Positions 25,556 to 37,024 of a DNA stretch of 64,000 bases are shown piece after piece. Source of the DNA: Amoebophrya sp. A120 (Eukaryota; Protista; Dinoflagellata); contig CAJINV010000003.1 of assembly GCA_905178155.1 (NCBI GenBank), positions 6,691,612-6,755,611 of the forward strand. Reading direction: 5' to 3'. Every line of letters starts with the position of its first letter. The stretch's first letter is position 1. The notes under the pieces were generated by a model. It searched no databases. It was not told the DNA's origin and saw only the letters and a program-made list of their open reading frames with translations. The position numbers and the translations under genes were made by a program.

Positions 25556-26180
25556 TCATGATTCACCATCGACGAATCAATTTCAATCGATCCTAGCTTG
25601 GCTCCTTTCGGAATTCAATTTTTAGGCCGAAGAAGTGGAGTCACGGAAAAATCTGGATCGATACAGCTAGTGCCCACAACGAACAGTCGTGATCGTGGAT
25701 TTATCACGCGTGACGCGGCAAAAACACGAGACTTTTGACACCACACATATATGGGTTCTTGGTCGTTGTAATTTCGGTGATGAACTTTAATAGGTGGTCG
25801 CGGTCTGTCCGCGTGAAACACCGTTGTCCAGAGGACTGGTCGCCGCATCGCGCAGGGTGCTGTGTCTGGTGCGCCAACTTGTGATGGCTTTGCTTCTGAT
25901 GAAATTTCTTTTCGGCGAAATGATGATTTTTACATTGCATTGATATATTTAGTTCCAACATTTACATATGCATACTTCGCATCGGATTTTGTTTTTGAGC
26001 ATGTACGCGCGGCCAATATGTACAACATGATTTCCCGCCTAGCGCGTCGCTCCCAATGCGCACTGTCAGCTATTGTTATCTCTTTCTTTCGGAATTCGGT
26101 AAACGCAAACGTTGAACTTGTTAAGTCTTGGTGGAGATCAAAAGTTCGTCGGTGATCTGCTATAGTGAACATCTAATCGG

Positions 26181-26226
26181 TATCGGTAAACAAGAGCTGC
26201 TTGAATAGGTAATGGTAATGGTAAAC
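26181..26226. repeat. 46-bp direct repeat, copy 1
   Basis: TATCGGTAAACAAGAGCTGCTTGAATAGGTAATGGTAATGGTAAAC. Confidence 0.95.
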
Positions 26227-27360
26227 TCCGCTTCGCGTCGGGCCACGGCTCCCTAATACGACTACAATGACAAAGGTAGACGGCCGGCACTGCACCGGGC
26301 TGGGTCACCTCCGCAGCGCAATGCGCATGCAATGCGCCAGCCACTGCCGAGCTCCGGCGGCCCGGCCCAACACACACGTTGCGCGCCGATTCTTGGGGAG
26401 GAGGGCCTGGGTCAGGCCACAGTCGCTACCGCTAGACCCACGCCAAGCAACAAATAAAAGCAAAAGGACGAAAATTGGCCCGAGCAGCCCCCGCGCGCCC
26501 GAGGTTGCTGGCCGTGGCCTTCCATTCACCCCTGCCTACCAAGAAACGCGTGGTGGTCTCGGTGGCCGTGAGCCCCACGGGCTCTGCGCCAACCATGACT
26601 CTAAAATAATATGAACTGGGCAGGCACGCGCGTTGTCGCACCGCGGCAGTGCGCGTCTCGCTCGCACCGGAGCACCCAGCTCGTTAGCCGGAGCAGACCA
26701 CAAAAAGCCAACCGGGCCGCAGAGCTCCGTCCGGAGGTCCGGCCCCGCGGAGGAACCGGCCCGCCGAGGGCTTTTTGTCCGCTGCCTTGCTACCCGGGCG
26801 CGCATACCAAAAAATCGCACAGGCCGGCACACAGGCCAACGGCGCCGGCGCTTCGCAGAGGGTCGCGGTGTGTGCGCGGGGCTCTGCAGCGCGTGCGTGG
26901 ACGCACAATCAAATTTCCGCGGCCGGCCGAGCCGGCGCTGGCAGCACAGGCTTCACCCTTCTTTCAAGAGAAACAGGGCCACTACGCTCCGGCTTGCTGA
27001 GGCCCGCTAGCGATGCACCGCCCAACGGTTCCAGGCATTTTAGAAACGCCCGCCAGTACTTGGGCTGCCGGACTGCGCCCTTCCGGGGCGGAAGGGCGCC
27101 AACGCTGCGAGCCGGGCTCACCTTTATCCGCGTGTCTGGGGGCAAGACGCGCAACGCCTGTCTCACCACGCAAAAGCGGCGGCCTGTCAGCTACTGAAAG
27201 TGCGCCACTGGTGGCCGCGCGATGATACCAAAACCCACAAACAGAGCGCCACCGTCGCGATTCGTCGCCCTTTTTTGCTATGTTTTTCGCTCATGATCGC
27301 AACATTTTTTCGATCATGAGCGAAGTCGCGATGGTACCGCAGCGGTATTGTGTCCGTCCA
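26227..27360. mobile_element. GC-rich non-coding repeat-like cargo with terminal hairpins
   Basis: Sharp GC rise between repeat copies 1 and 2; no credible ORF; hairpins GCGCCCTTCCG-GGG-CGGAAGGGCGC and TTCGCTCATGATCG..CGATCATGAGCGAA. Confidence 0.55.
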
Positions 27361-27406
27361 TATCGGTAAACAAGAGCTGCCTGAATAGGTAATGGTAATG
27401 GTAAAC
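27361..27406. repeat. 46-bp direct repeat, copy 2
   Basis: Identical to copy 1 except one T>C. Confidence 0.95.
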
Positions 27407-29036
27407 CGACAGATAGTCCCGGTCTGACGACACGTCCTACGCACGCGACTTACAGAAATTAGTTCCCATGATTTCCGTGTTTTTTCTACATCGCCTCATT
27501 TGGACACGCGGATCGAACTTTCACGAGCAAAGCGCCAAAGTTCGGCACTTTGCGTGTGAAAGTTCTCTGGCAGCTCACATCCGCGAAGTTCTCGGATGTG
27601 AGCTGACATCCGAGGAATTGTTGTATGTGGGATCCTGGGAACTAATTTCTGTAAGTAGGTTGCGTAGGATCTGCGTTTCGACCGGTAATCCCGACCTGAC
27701 TGCAAATCCTACGCAACGGACTTACAGAAATCAGTTCCCAGGATTTCTTCTAGTATCTCAAGGCGCCTCTGAGGCACCTTGAGACTCTAGAAGAAATCCT
27801 TTGAGAGTCTAAAAGAAATCCGTTGGATTTCTTTTAGACTCTAAAAGAAGTCTTCTTGGCTTCTTTTGGAAAAGGTCTCGCGGAAACCCCTTTCCAGAGA
27901 ACCTTTCGCTGACCCCTTTCGTTGACCCTTTGTTAGGTCGTGATTAAGGCACTTTGCGCGACCCCTTTGAAGACCCCTTTGCAAACCCCCTAGTTTGCGT
28001 TTTCTTCCTAGAAGAAAAAGTAGATCTTTCTGTGCATGTGTTCAGACGCACGCTTCTAGAAGGCCAGGAGGGGAAAGCTGCTGCGCGAGCTTTCTTACCT
28101 AAGAGCACAGCAGAACTCGCGCGCCTACAGCTTCGGCTTTCGTGCCTCAAAGAAATGCACTCCTGGGATTTGCGTACTGCGTTTCCAGTCGCCACACTCG
28201 GACACACTGATGATCCTCGTTTCCAAGTGAGGCGATTGGAGACGCAGCACGCAAATCCGGGGAAGTAATTTCTGTAAGTCACCTGCATAAGATTTGTGCC
28301 CAGATCGGTATTACCAGTGAGAAGACAAATCTTACGCAGGTAGCTTACAGAAATTATTTCCCAGGATCTTCGCTGCGTCAAGAATTCCGTGATGCGGCGG
28401 AAATCCTGAGAGCTAATATCCGTAACTCACCTGCGTATGGTTTGTGCTCCAATAGGTATTGCCGATCGGACCACAAATCTTACGCAGGTGACTTCCAGCA
28501 ATTTGTTCCCAAGGATTTTCGCCACATCAAATACTAACTCCTGGGATGTCTGCGCACACCCGAGAAAGTACTTCTCCGGCAAACCTTGGGAACGCATTTC
28601 CGAAAGGCTAAAGTGTGGCAGCTGCTAGGCGACCCCTTATATTGAAGGCGCGTTGCTTTCAACGACCTGGCGCTGAACACGAATTACTTGCAATATACTA
28701 GCACAGCAAACAAAATGCTTTCTATGCCAAGGCGTTGCAAGTAATTCATTTCCAATAGAAGCAGGGCACTTCAAAGAGATTCGCTTTCAACGAGCAAGAG
28801 CGTGAGGCCGACTCCTGCCAGCCCGGCAGGAGAAGCGCGGCAGCCCCGCCGAAGACGGCTGCCCATTCTCCCCCAAGCTCGCACGCTGGCTGCTTCCCAG
28901 CCACAGGGTTCATGGCCTTCGGCCATTCCAAGCGACTGCGAGAGTGTGCAAGCTAAACCCCCCTCGCGGTTTGTTTCCATTTTTTTCAAACCTAAGCTTT
29001 CGGGAACAAGGGTAGGAACTAATTTCTGTAAGCCTT
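27407..29036. mobile_element. Foldback-type element with eight alternating-orientation ~21-bp repeats
   Basis: GACTTACAGAAATTAGTTCCC forward at ~27448, 27719, 28343, 28490 and reverse at ~27636, 28260, 28408, 29015; additional palindromes at 27741-27846. Confidence 0.7.
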
Positions 29037-29074
29037 AACAAGAGCTGCTTGAATAGGTAATGGTAATGGTAAAC
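29037..29074. repeat. 38-bp core of the direct repeat, copy 3
   Basis: AACAAGAGCTGCTTGAATAGGTAATGGTAATGGTAAAC. Confidence 0.95.
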
Positions 29075-29346
29075 CCGGTAGACTTGTTGGTACTCGTGGT
29101 CTCGTCTGTTTTGCTTTTTCTTCGTAGGCTAGAGGGACAATCAGGTCCAGCTCGTTGTGGTCGGTCACCCCTTCTCAAGCGATTTACTTCTCTTATGTAA
29201 GAAACAACAAACACACGACGACCCACACACCTTATCTTTGTTCTTCTGATGATTGCTAGTGGATTTTAATGTTTCCTGAGCACTTTATGTGCTTATCCTG
29301 AAAAATAAGCAACAGCAGGCGATTTTTTCAGTATCCTGCCGGTTAT

Positions 29347-31762
29347 TTACACTTGCTGGGGATCGACATAATCATCCCAGATCGAAATTCGGTTTTTCGA
29401 CGCCCCCCCGGTCGTAATGCATGTCGAGGAACGATACCTGTCGTTTTGTTATCGGGAGCGTGGCTTTGAACAAAATCGAAAGAGCATCTTTTTTTCATAT
29501 CTGATCATCCCGTTACTTGAAAATGCGTTTCACGCAATCGAAAGAACAAAAAGCATTCAAAAGGGAGAAACACTAATTATAAAGGAAATCGTTGGTACAG
29601 CTTTCCTCCCCTTGCTTTTAGCTCTGCCATGATTTTCGCCTGCGCGCCGTCGCCGAGCGGCAGAGATAGCTCGTTGTCCTTTGCTGGCAGTTCCGGGCCC
29701 TTGCCACCAGTCCTGAAATGAAGTCATTCAGCGAAGGAGCATGTTGCCGCGGAAATGGTAGAGGTAGCCAAAAGAAAAAGCATATATCAAGCGCGACTCC
29801 TGTCATCAAGAAATAATGTAAATGTTTCCCATCTCTTTCTTCCTTGTGCTTGTCGAAGCAGGCATGGCTGCTTGTAGAACTGCTTTAGAATTTGAATATA
29901 GAAGGAGTTCTACATCTACATCGGAAAATAAAGTACTTTGAGTATTCGCGCAGACCGGGATCCTCCTGGTTCATCCACGACCGCTGCGTCGGGATGTCGG
30001 TTAGTTCCGGATTTTCCCCCACGAGATTAGTCGAGGTTGCTCTTCCTGGTTTGATGCTGGACACGCCGGCCTATGGAGGGAAAAGCGAGTGACAGACTTT
30101 CGGGAGTGCTGCTAGCACTAGAACGAAACATCGGAGCTCCCCATGCAGAATTGCTACGCTTGTCGTGCAAACCAAAAGCACACCAGAAAGCACTCAACTG
30201 CATGCGGTGCGGAACAATTTTTGGCAGTACGTTTTGCCGTTGCACCAGATCCTGAAATAGACTTCTATAGGCAAATCCGCATGACAACAAGCCCGGCTCT
30301 TTTTCCTTAGGACTACTAGCAGCAATCAGGGAGATCACACACTTTCCCTCCATACAGCCGGCGTGGTTTCCTTGAGCCTTGCTGTTCTCGCGACCATCAT
30401 CTCCTTGGTCAGACCCGCGTGCAGCACGGCGCTTTCCCGCGCGTCCCTCTCTGCGGTGCCCCACGCCCGGTCGTAGATGCCCTTTGGATGCTTGTCGATG
30501 GTAGCTGTTGATATGGGAACAGGTGAAGTTTGGAATCTTTTCTTTGTAGTGAATTTTGCTTTTTTGTAAATGTAAAAGTAAAACCGTACCCCCGGTGGTA
30601 GTACTTAATAATACAATTTATTTTTTTAGGGAGCGATGGTTCACCTTCGCCGGCAGGAAAAGTCAGCACTTTACTGGCACAAGAAGTACTCGACGACATG
30701 TGGTAGCGGGTAATAACTGCCGAGTGTCGCTAGCTATGTGCTGGTTCTGTACCGAAGCATCCCTTTCCAGTCTGGTGCAGCGGCCTTCGATCTTCATAGC
30801 AAACCTCGGCTATTGTTTCGCTGGTAATAAATTGCGGGTGGTCCAATCCCGTGAATGTGAACTGTCCAGTTTTGATTTTAAGGCTCTCTTTGGCTCGTGG
30901 TGACATTGTTTTTCAGGGGGTCATCCTTGTGAAAGCATATATAAAAAGGTTGTATTTATTATCTTATCTCACTCTCCGCATCGTGTGATGCTCGCATGAA
31001 GTAGCAGAAGAAGAACCGTACCTCTGGCACAGTGCGGGGGTCGGGATAGTCCTCGTGTGTTCTTGAGCAAACCACCCTACCGAAGCCATCGTTTGGTGTG
31101 CCAAAGCTAGCTCTGCATTGCAAAAATGTTTCTGTGTCACAAGGAGTGCAAGCTTATGCAGATGCAGCTCACTAGTAGTACTGCCGGAAGGAAATGCCTT
31201 GAGTTCTTTGATTTGTAACTTACTATAATTGCGATCGAGGACGATCCTTCATAATACGTTGACATGCATTCACATTCTAGACCTGCTGCATGATGCGGAT
31301 CATGCCGAGTCGTACGAAGGTTTTTCTCATTAAATTCAAGCATCTGAACGGTACTTCTTACGCAACTTCATGTCAAGGAACATAGCTGTTTGCAGGCGAT
31401 ACTAGCAGGCTTCTTGTATCGGATTTGTCTGCCTGCTTTCACGTCGTCGTCTGGTCGGATGAACTTCTGCACGTCTGCCTCTGGTGGAGCTAACCTATGA
31501 AACAAGAATTGGGAGGAGGACTTCTCCGTTTGATTGAACTTTCAATATCATATGTTCACCTTATAATTTTTTCGTGCCAAAAATCGAGGACCGTTTATTT
31601 TTCGTCGGTCAAAAAGGAAATCTCATGCGCCCGTTCCCGCACTTTTGAACTCTCTAAAGCAGTTCTTGCAAAGCAGTGAAAAAGCTGTGAGTCGTGCTTT
31701 CTATACCTGTCCTCGTACCAGTTGTCGGTCAGCGTCTTCACGCCGTACCCCGAGCCCAACAT
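29347..31762 (-). CDS. Ciliary microtubule-inner-protein-like protein with N-terminal NWE motif; multi-exon (not shown as one ORF in the track)
   Basis: Hand-spliced MLGSGYGVKTLTDNWYEDR|LAPPEADVQKF ... TDIPTQRSWMNQEDPGLREYSK|TGGKGPELP ... RISIWDDYVDPQQV*. GT-AG introns plus introner 30072-30354; middle exons not fully resolved. The NWxE(D/E)R motif is characteristic of the CFAP68/95/107/161 group. Confidence 0.68.
30072..30354. mobile_element. Introner, family C
   Basis: TIR TATGGAGGGAAA / TTTCCCTCCATA; DR CGGCC/CAGCC; joins ETTPA-GVSSIK. Confidence 0.88.
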
Positions 31763-32849
31763 TTTTATGCTGTGGCTACAGAGCTGCAGCCAGAAAAGAC
31801 CACGAGGCGCTCCCGAACCTCGAGTTTACTACTAAGTAAACACTGTGCTTATCAAAAAAAAACACTGCGTAACATTTTTACTACTGAATGGGTTCAGGCA
31901 AAGGTGGCGATCGGTATTTGGACGAGCCGCAGGTGAATACAAGTAGAAAAAATTCACAATCAACTGATTCGAAACAACTACTCACAAATTCGCGTTCGCC
32001 GAGTCATGATCCACTCTGCAACAATAAGGTCTCCATCGAGGGAACAACAATACTTTAGTACTGTATAGCAATACGTGAAGATACTAGATGTAACCGGAAA
32101 TACTTCGGCTATGAGGATGTGGAACTGGCAAATAAAAAATGGCCAGACGAGTAGAAACATCTCGCATCTCTACAACATTTATTTTATACGGACTACGATC
32201 GTCTCGCTCTCGTCACGTCACCCAGGCCTTCGCGATTCAGATGGTAGACCGACGATGAATTTTCACAGAACTAGGAATTGCGTAGAAGTACCACGAGTTT
32301 GCGCCCTTCACCGACCACAATCAATGACATGCTGAGGCTTCGTCGTACGCTGAGCATCAGTATCAATCATCTATTGAGTCGCGACATCAACGACCAGTAT
32401 CAATTATGTATCGAGTAGCGATCCTCCCCACGAGCAGAACGACTTTAGGGACTACTCGGAAAGTCCAGTGCATGACGACGAAAGATGCGAAGGATGTTCA
32501 CGAGCGGGCGCTTCTTTCCAAAAAGTAGACACAAATCGAGTTATTTAGTATGTTGTGAAGCAGTTGTCGTGACGAAGATTATGAAAGGTCTAGAGTACTT
32601 CTTTCACCAAGAAAAATTCAGCACTGTTTGTGTTTTCCAGCTGTCGCAAAGATTGAATAGAGAACATGCACTACTGAGCACGTAGTGTCGGGCTGTTTTT
32701 CACAGTCGTTTGTGTTTATTCGTCTTTGCTAGTAATTTTATGCACGTACACTCGAACGGCACCGCCAGCACAAAAATATCGAAGTCCTGGCGTCCGTTGG
32801 GTCTCAGGTAGTACAGCTAGGATCGGTGCGCAAGCGTGATCTGTATTCT

Positions 32850-35800
32850 CTAGTTTACGGCAAGATCTTGGCGAACATAGAACAGCAAATAGCACTGAGT
32901 TTTGATGTCTGGGTGACTTAGCACGACCTCGCTCCCGTTGGTGCGAGACCAGCGGTAGAATGCGAAGTCGTCATACATGACCCAGGTTGTTTTTCCGCGC
33001 GTCGCGTTAGCTCCGGGAAGGCCCTGCTGCCCGTAGTTCACCATGGCTATATAATGACCGTCATCCGGGCTTTCCCCCCGATGCAGGACGAGAGATTGCA
33101 AGCGGTAGGTGACTTTTCGTTCCAGAGCTATCACGTTTACTACTGTGCCTGGGGGACGGTTGCGGATCCTGTTCGAATTCCTGCTTCGGTAGTTGGGCGG
33201 CGCAGGCTCCTGAAATCTCAGTACCAAGCTTTCCTCCAAATCGACTTCGTCTGAATTCTTCACAGTGCCGGCGGGCGTGAAACCAAAGCGCGCCAACCGC
33301 ATCACCAATACCGGCGGTGGTGGGTGCTTTAACGCTAGTTTCTGCCAAAAGGGATAAGTCACGTCCCGCGCCTTTGCCGGTCGTGTGGACGAGTTCTCTC
33401 GTGCGCCGGGAGCGCTGCCAGTAGCGTTTTCCCTTTGATGTTTAGGGAGCCCAGCAGGCTGCGGGAATAAACTATGCGGCTGTTCTTCATCTTGTGCAGC
33501 AACTACTTGATTCGCCCTCACACTCACTCTTGAGGAAGATGTTGGATTGCTGAGATCGACAGGCGTTGCAAGAAACGCCTGATTTACTTGTCCGTTAGCA
33601 ATTGTTTGCGCGCTTTGGTGCAGTTCGGAGTTCCCCTCGCTAATTTTGATTTCTGTTGAGATCGTGATCGCTGCATTCCCATTCTCAACTACGGGTGGAG
33701 AGCGAAGCGAAGTTGATGTTACCGGGTCCTCTTCTCTGGCCGATTCCTCAACTGCGCGGTTGCAGTAGTCGTCCTGGTCTTCACCGTTGAACCGATTCCA
33801 GCTGATCGGACGGTCTGCTTTAATTCTCTCCGGCACAGAGAAGTAAGCCTTCACCAACTGCGACAGAGAGTGCGGGTCAAAGTCATCCGGAAGGTGCCCG
33901 GGTCCAGGACCTCCCCCTGCCGCACCACCAGCACTGGCAGCTGCACCGCTCCTCATCGGAATCGTAAGCACAACGTGCGTGTCCACCTCGTTGGCTTTGC
34001 AGCGCTGCCGGTCGAACTCCTGAAATCTCGTCTGCTGGATGTGAAAGGTGCAGACGGGTTCCGTTATGGGGTGGAGGAAGTGCGAAAACAGAATGTCCAG
34101 CACCTCCGTGGCATCCTGTTGGGCGTGCTCGTTCCACATAGGGTTCTCCGAGATCGTGGCGGCTCGCTCCCGAAAAGCCTGCAGGGCACTCTCCAGACGG
34201 ATGTAAATCTCCTCCGCAACCTGTCTGGTGTCCACACCTAGGGGGTCCATGTTTAGCGCGGCCCGCTCAGCGTCGACAAACGTGTGGTGCAGATTGCAGG
34301 CCCACTCACGCTATGCACGGCAAAATTTAGTCCAGGGCTGGATCCGCAGATTAAAATTTTTTCCACCACGAACGCTAATGCTCCGGGTGTGCGCGCGGGT
34401 GCTTGTGTGGCACGCGCACGTTCAGCTGAAGCGCTTTTCTTTGCATGATGTGCTTCGGAAGACGAAAATAGAGAAACGTTTATTATAATCAGTGTACATA
34501 TCTACCACATTGGAACCAGTCATAATGATATACTTACTTTCTATCCATCAAAGAAGAAAAGTGTGCTGCGTTTCTCCTGACTGAAGCTTGTTCTTGCTGC
34601 CTGTGGATTATCCTTCGCAAAAGTATCGCATCCTCACAAGTTAGTAGCAGTGCTGCGGTACTACAAGTGTTTTTGTTAGACAATAATGCATGATGATGAT
34701 TATGATGGGGGCAGGGTGCAGCTCCGACTGCTACTGCGTGGCGCTCCCGCCGCCAGTCCGAAGAAGACCAAAAGTGACTCACTCAGTTTACGCTGGCTCT
34801 AGTGTCAACGTCAAAGTTACCTCCACGACCGACAAAAATAGAAATGATATGGTCTGGATCTGGTCGAGTTCCAAAAATTTGCGATACTAAGGATGCATGG
34901 GACTGCGTCTAGCTACGTACTGGCAGAAGGCGATCTGAGTCACTTCATTATACGTCGCGTATACGATGCTTTTGCTGTGCATATGGATAGGAGCATGGGA
35001 TATCCACGGGCAGGACTTTCCGCAGCGGTTGGCGTTTCGCGGAAGATCGCATCAGATCCGGTTGCTGTTCCGTGTTCATCTGCTCCCTCGATTGCGGAAG
35101 TCGCATCTTCGCTTTGGTTGCGGAACTCTGCGCTTCTATCAGCAGGCGCTGAAGCCGCGACACCTGCTGCACGGGGTTCGTTTCGCTCAGAGAGAAGAAC
35201 GACCTGCTGACAGATTTGGTCCACGTGTCTGCGGACGGGTGGCAAACGCCAAAACGCTTGCAGGAATGCGTTCAGGTAGCAGCTATTTCCGACATTTGGC
35301 ATGCCAAAGAGCCCGTAACCGACATAGTGCATTGAAACTTCTTGGTCAGGTTTACTCGGAGGGACAAGAAGTTCCTCCAGCGCTTGCCGTCTAGCTCCAG
35401 CACCAGTTGTACTCTCTACTGCACCTCCTCCGCGACTGGCACTGCCAGCACCAGCTGCAGCTTGTCCACCACTTGCGCTCGATGGAGGACCCGCGCCCGC
35501 TTTTCTTGCAGCTGCATCTGGAGGAGCAGGAGGAGGCTCCGCAGCTGCACCCCCACCTCCAGTGGCAGTGGGACTTCCAGCCACCCCGGTCCGGCCTCCA
35601 GCTTCGCGTCGTACTGGTCCTGCTCGATCCGCAATCCTGCCCGAAGCATCAAAACTTACACCAATATCGGGTGCCCAGGCAAAATCAGTAGGATCTGGAT
35701 TGAATTGTTCTTCCCCGTCAACATCGTAGAAAATCACCTCCTGCTGTTGCGGATTTTTCTTGGCTGTTGCGGCGGGGCCTTCTTCTCCTTCACGACTCGA

Positions 35801-37024
35801 GCCGCCAACTGCAGCAGATGATCTTCCGCCTCCGCCGCGGCGCGCTACAGGTAAAGCTAAAGCATGCGCTTGCGCTTTAGCTGCAACAGGGTCCTTTGTG
35901 CTCAGTGTGTTGTTTTCGTTTTCTCCTCGAGGTCTTCCAAAAAAGGAATGTCCTCCCACCACCTGGCTGCGCTGATGGTCCTCTAAAAGTGCGTCACTCA
36001 ACGGTGGGAACTGTGACTGCGATCCTGGCCCCCGGGCGTTGCCAATTTTTGGTTTTCGACTGATGCCCGGCCGTTGCCAATTTTTGGTCAAGGTCACAGC
36101 TCCTGCCTCTGGTTGATTTTTATACCAGTACCGGTAATATATTTTCCCACCGACGAACGTTACGGCAGCCAGGGCTAGAAAAACGAGCAGGCAGTGGCCA
36201 CAGCATTCTTTAATACCACTTGACGCCACTGGTTTGTTAAGCTTCTTCTTTTTTGTGCTCGGCGGGGTCGGTGTTATAGTCGTTTTTCTTCGCGTACGTG
36301 TTCCTTCTCGTGCCTGCTGGTTTTTAACAGTCGTAGGAGTGTGTGTGCGAGATTCCCTTTTTGCAGCAAGCGGTTGCCCTTGCGCGCCGGTCGTTTTCGA
36401 AGAACTTCTTTTACCGTGGGTGTGGCTGCTGCGTCTACCAGTGTTGACACAGCTTCGCGGTCCAGGTCGCAGATGGCGAGGGGCGTCTGCCTCATGATCT
36501 CGCGACGTCGAATTATTAGTACAACTTGCGGTGGCCTGCTTTGTTCTGTTATGTTTCTCCTCGCTCTTCTCATTCCACTCGCGGTGGTGTTGTACACCGC
36601 TCGTGCTGTTCATGTTCTTGCTGCTTCGCAGCTTCCTCCCGCTACTAGCGCGCTTCGCGTCTTCTCGGTTGGAAGCAAAGGGACGTGCAGATTGTTGGTG
36701 CTGGTGCGGGTAGTCGTGGTTTTCTTTATTCTTAGGTAGAAAATTTATGTCCACGAGCTCTTGTTTCTTGCTGCGGGAAGATGTTGCCGGCGAAAGCTTT
36801 CTGTGATCACTCCTTCGCACGGACGCCCGTTCTCCGCGGAAAGCATGCGATGTTGCGCTTTCTCCTACACCTTCTGACAAATTGGAAATGGATCCTCCGT
36901 TATGCCCACGGGAAGAGAGGGGACGACGCGACGGGTTGTGGCCGCTCGTGCCCGGACGAGACGAGGCTTGTTCTCGCACAGTGACAGCGCCCGGGCTGGA
37001 GTATTTTTGGGTATCAGAAATCAT
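32850..37024 (-). CDS. Ubiquitin-specific protease (peptidase C19) with N-terminal low-complexity region and TM helix
   Basis: Cys box GMPNVGNSCYLNAFLQ, QQDATE motif, His box YRLQSLVLHRGESPDDGHYIA, WVMYDD, CYLLFYVR; TM segment CLLVFLALAAVTFVGG; intron(s) between ~34260 and ~34950 unresolved. Confidence 0.85.

Noticed and set aside
26181-26226. Dinoflagellate spliced-leader relic
   Set aside because: The minus strand shares only CCATT...TCAAG fragments with the 22-nt SL; too divergent to call.
26227-29036. Autonomous transposase/RT/recombinase gene
   Set aside because: Only short ORFs with no catalytic motifs; no mobilising enzyme was found anywhere in the window.
32355-32422. Short degenerate tandem duplication (CAGTATCAAT..GAGT.GCGA x2)
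   Set aside because: Two copies only, intergenic, no further structure.
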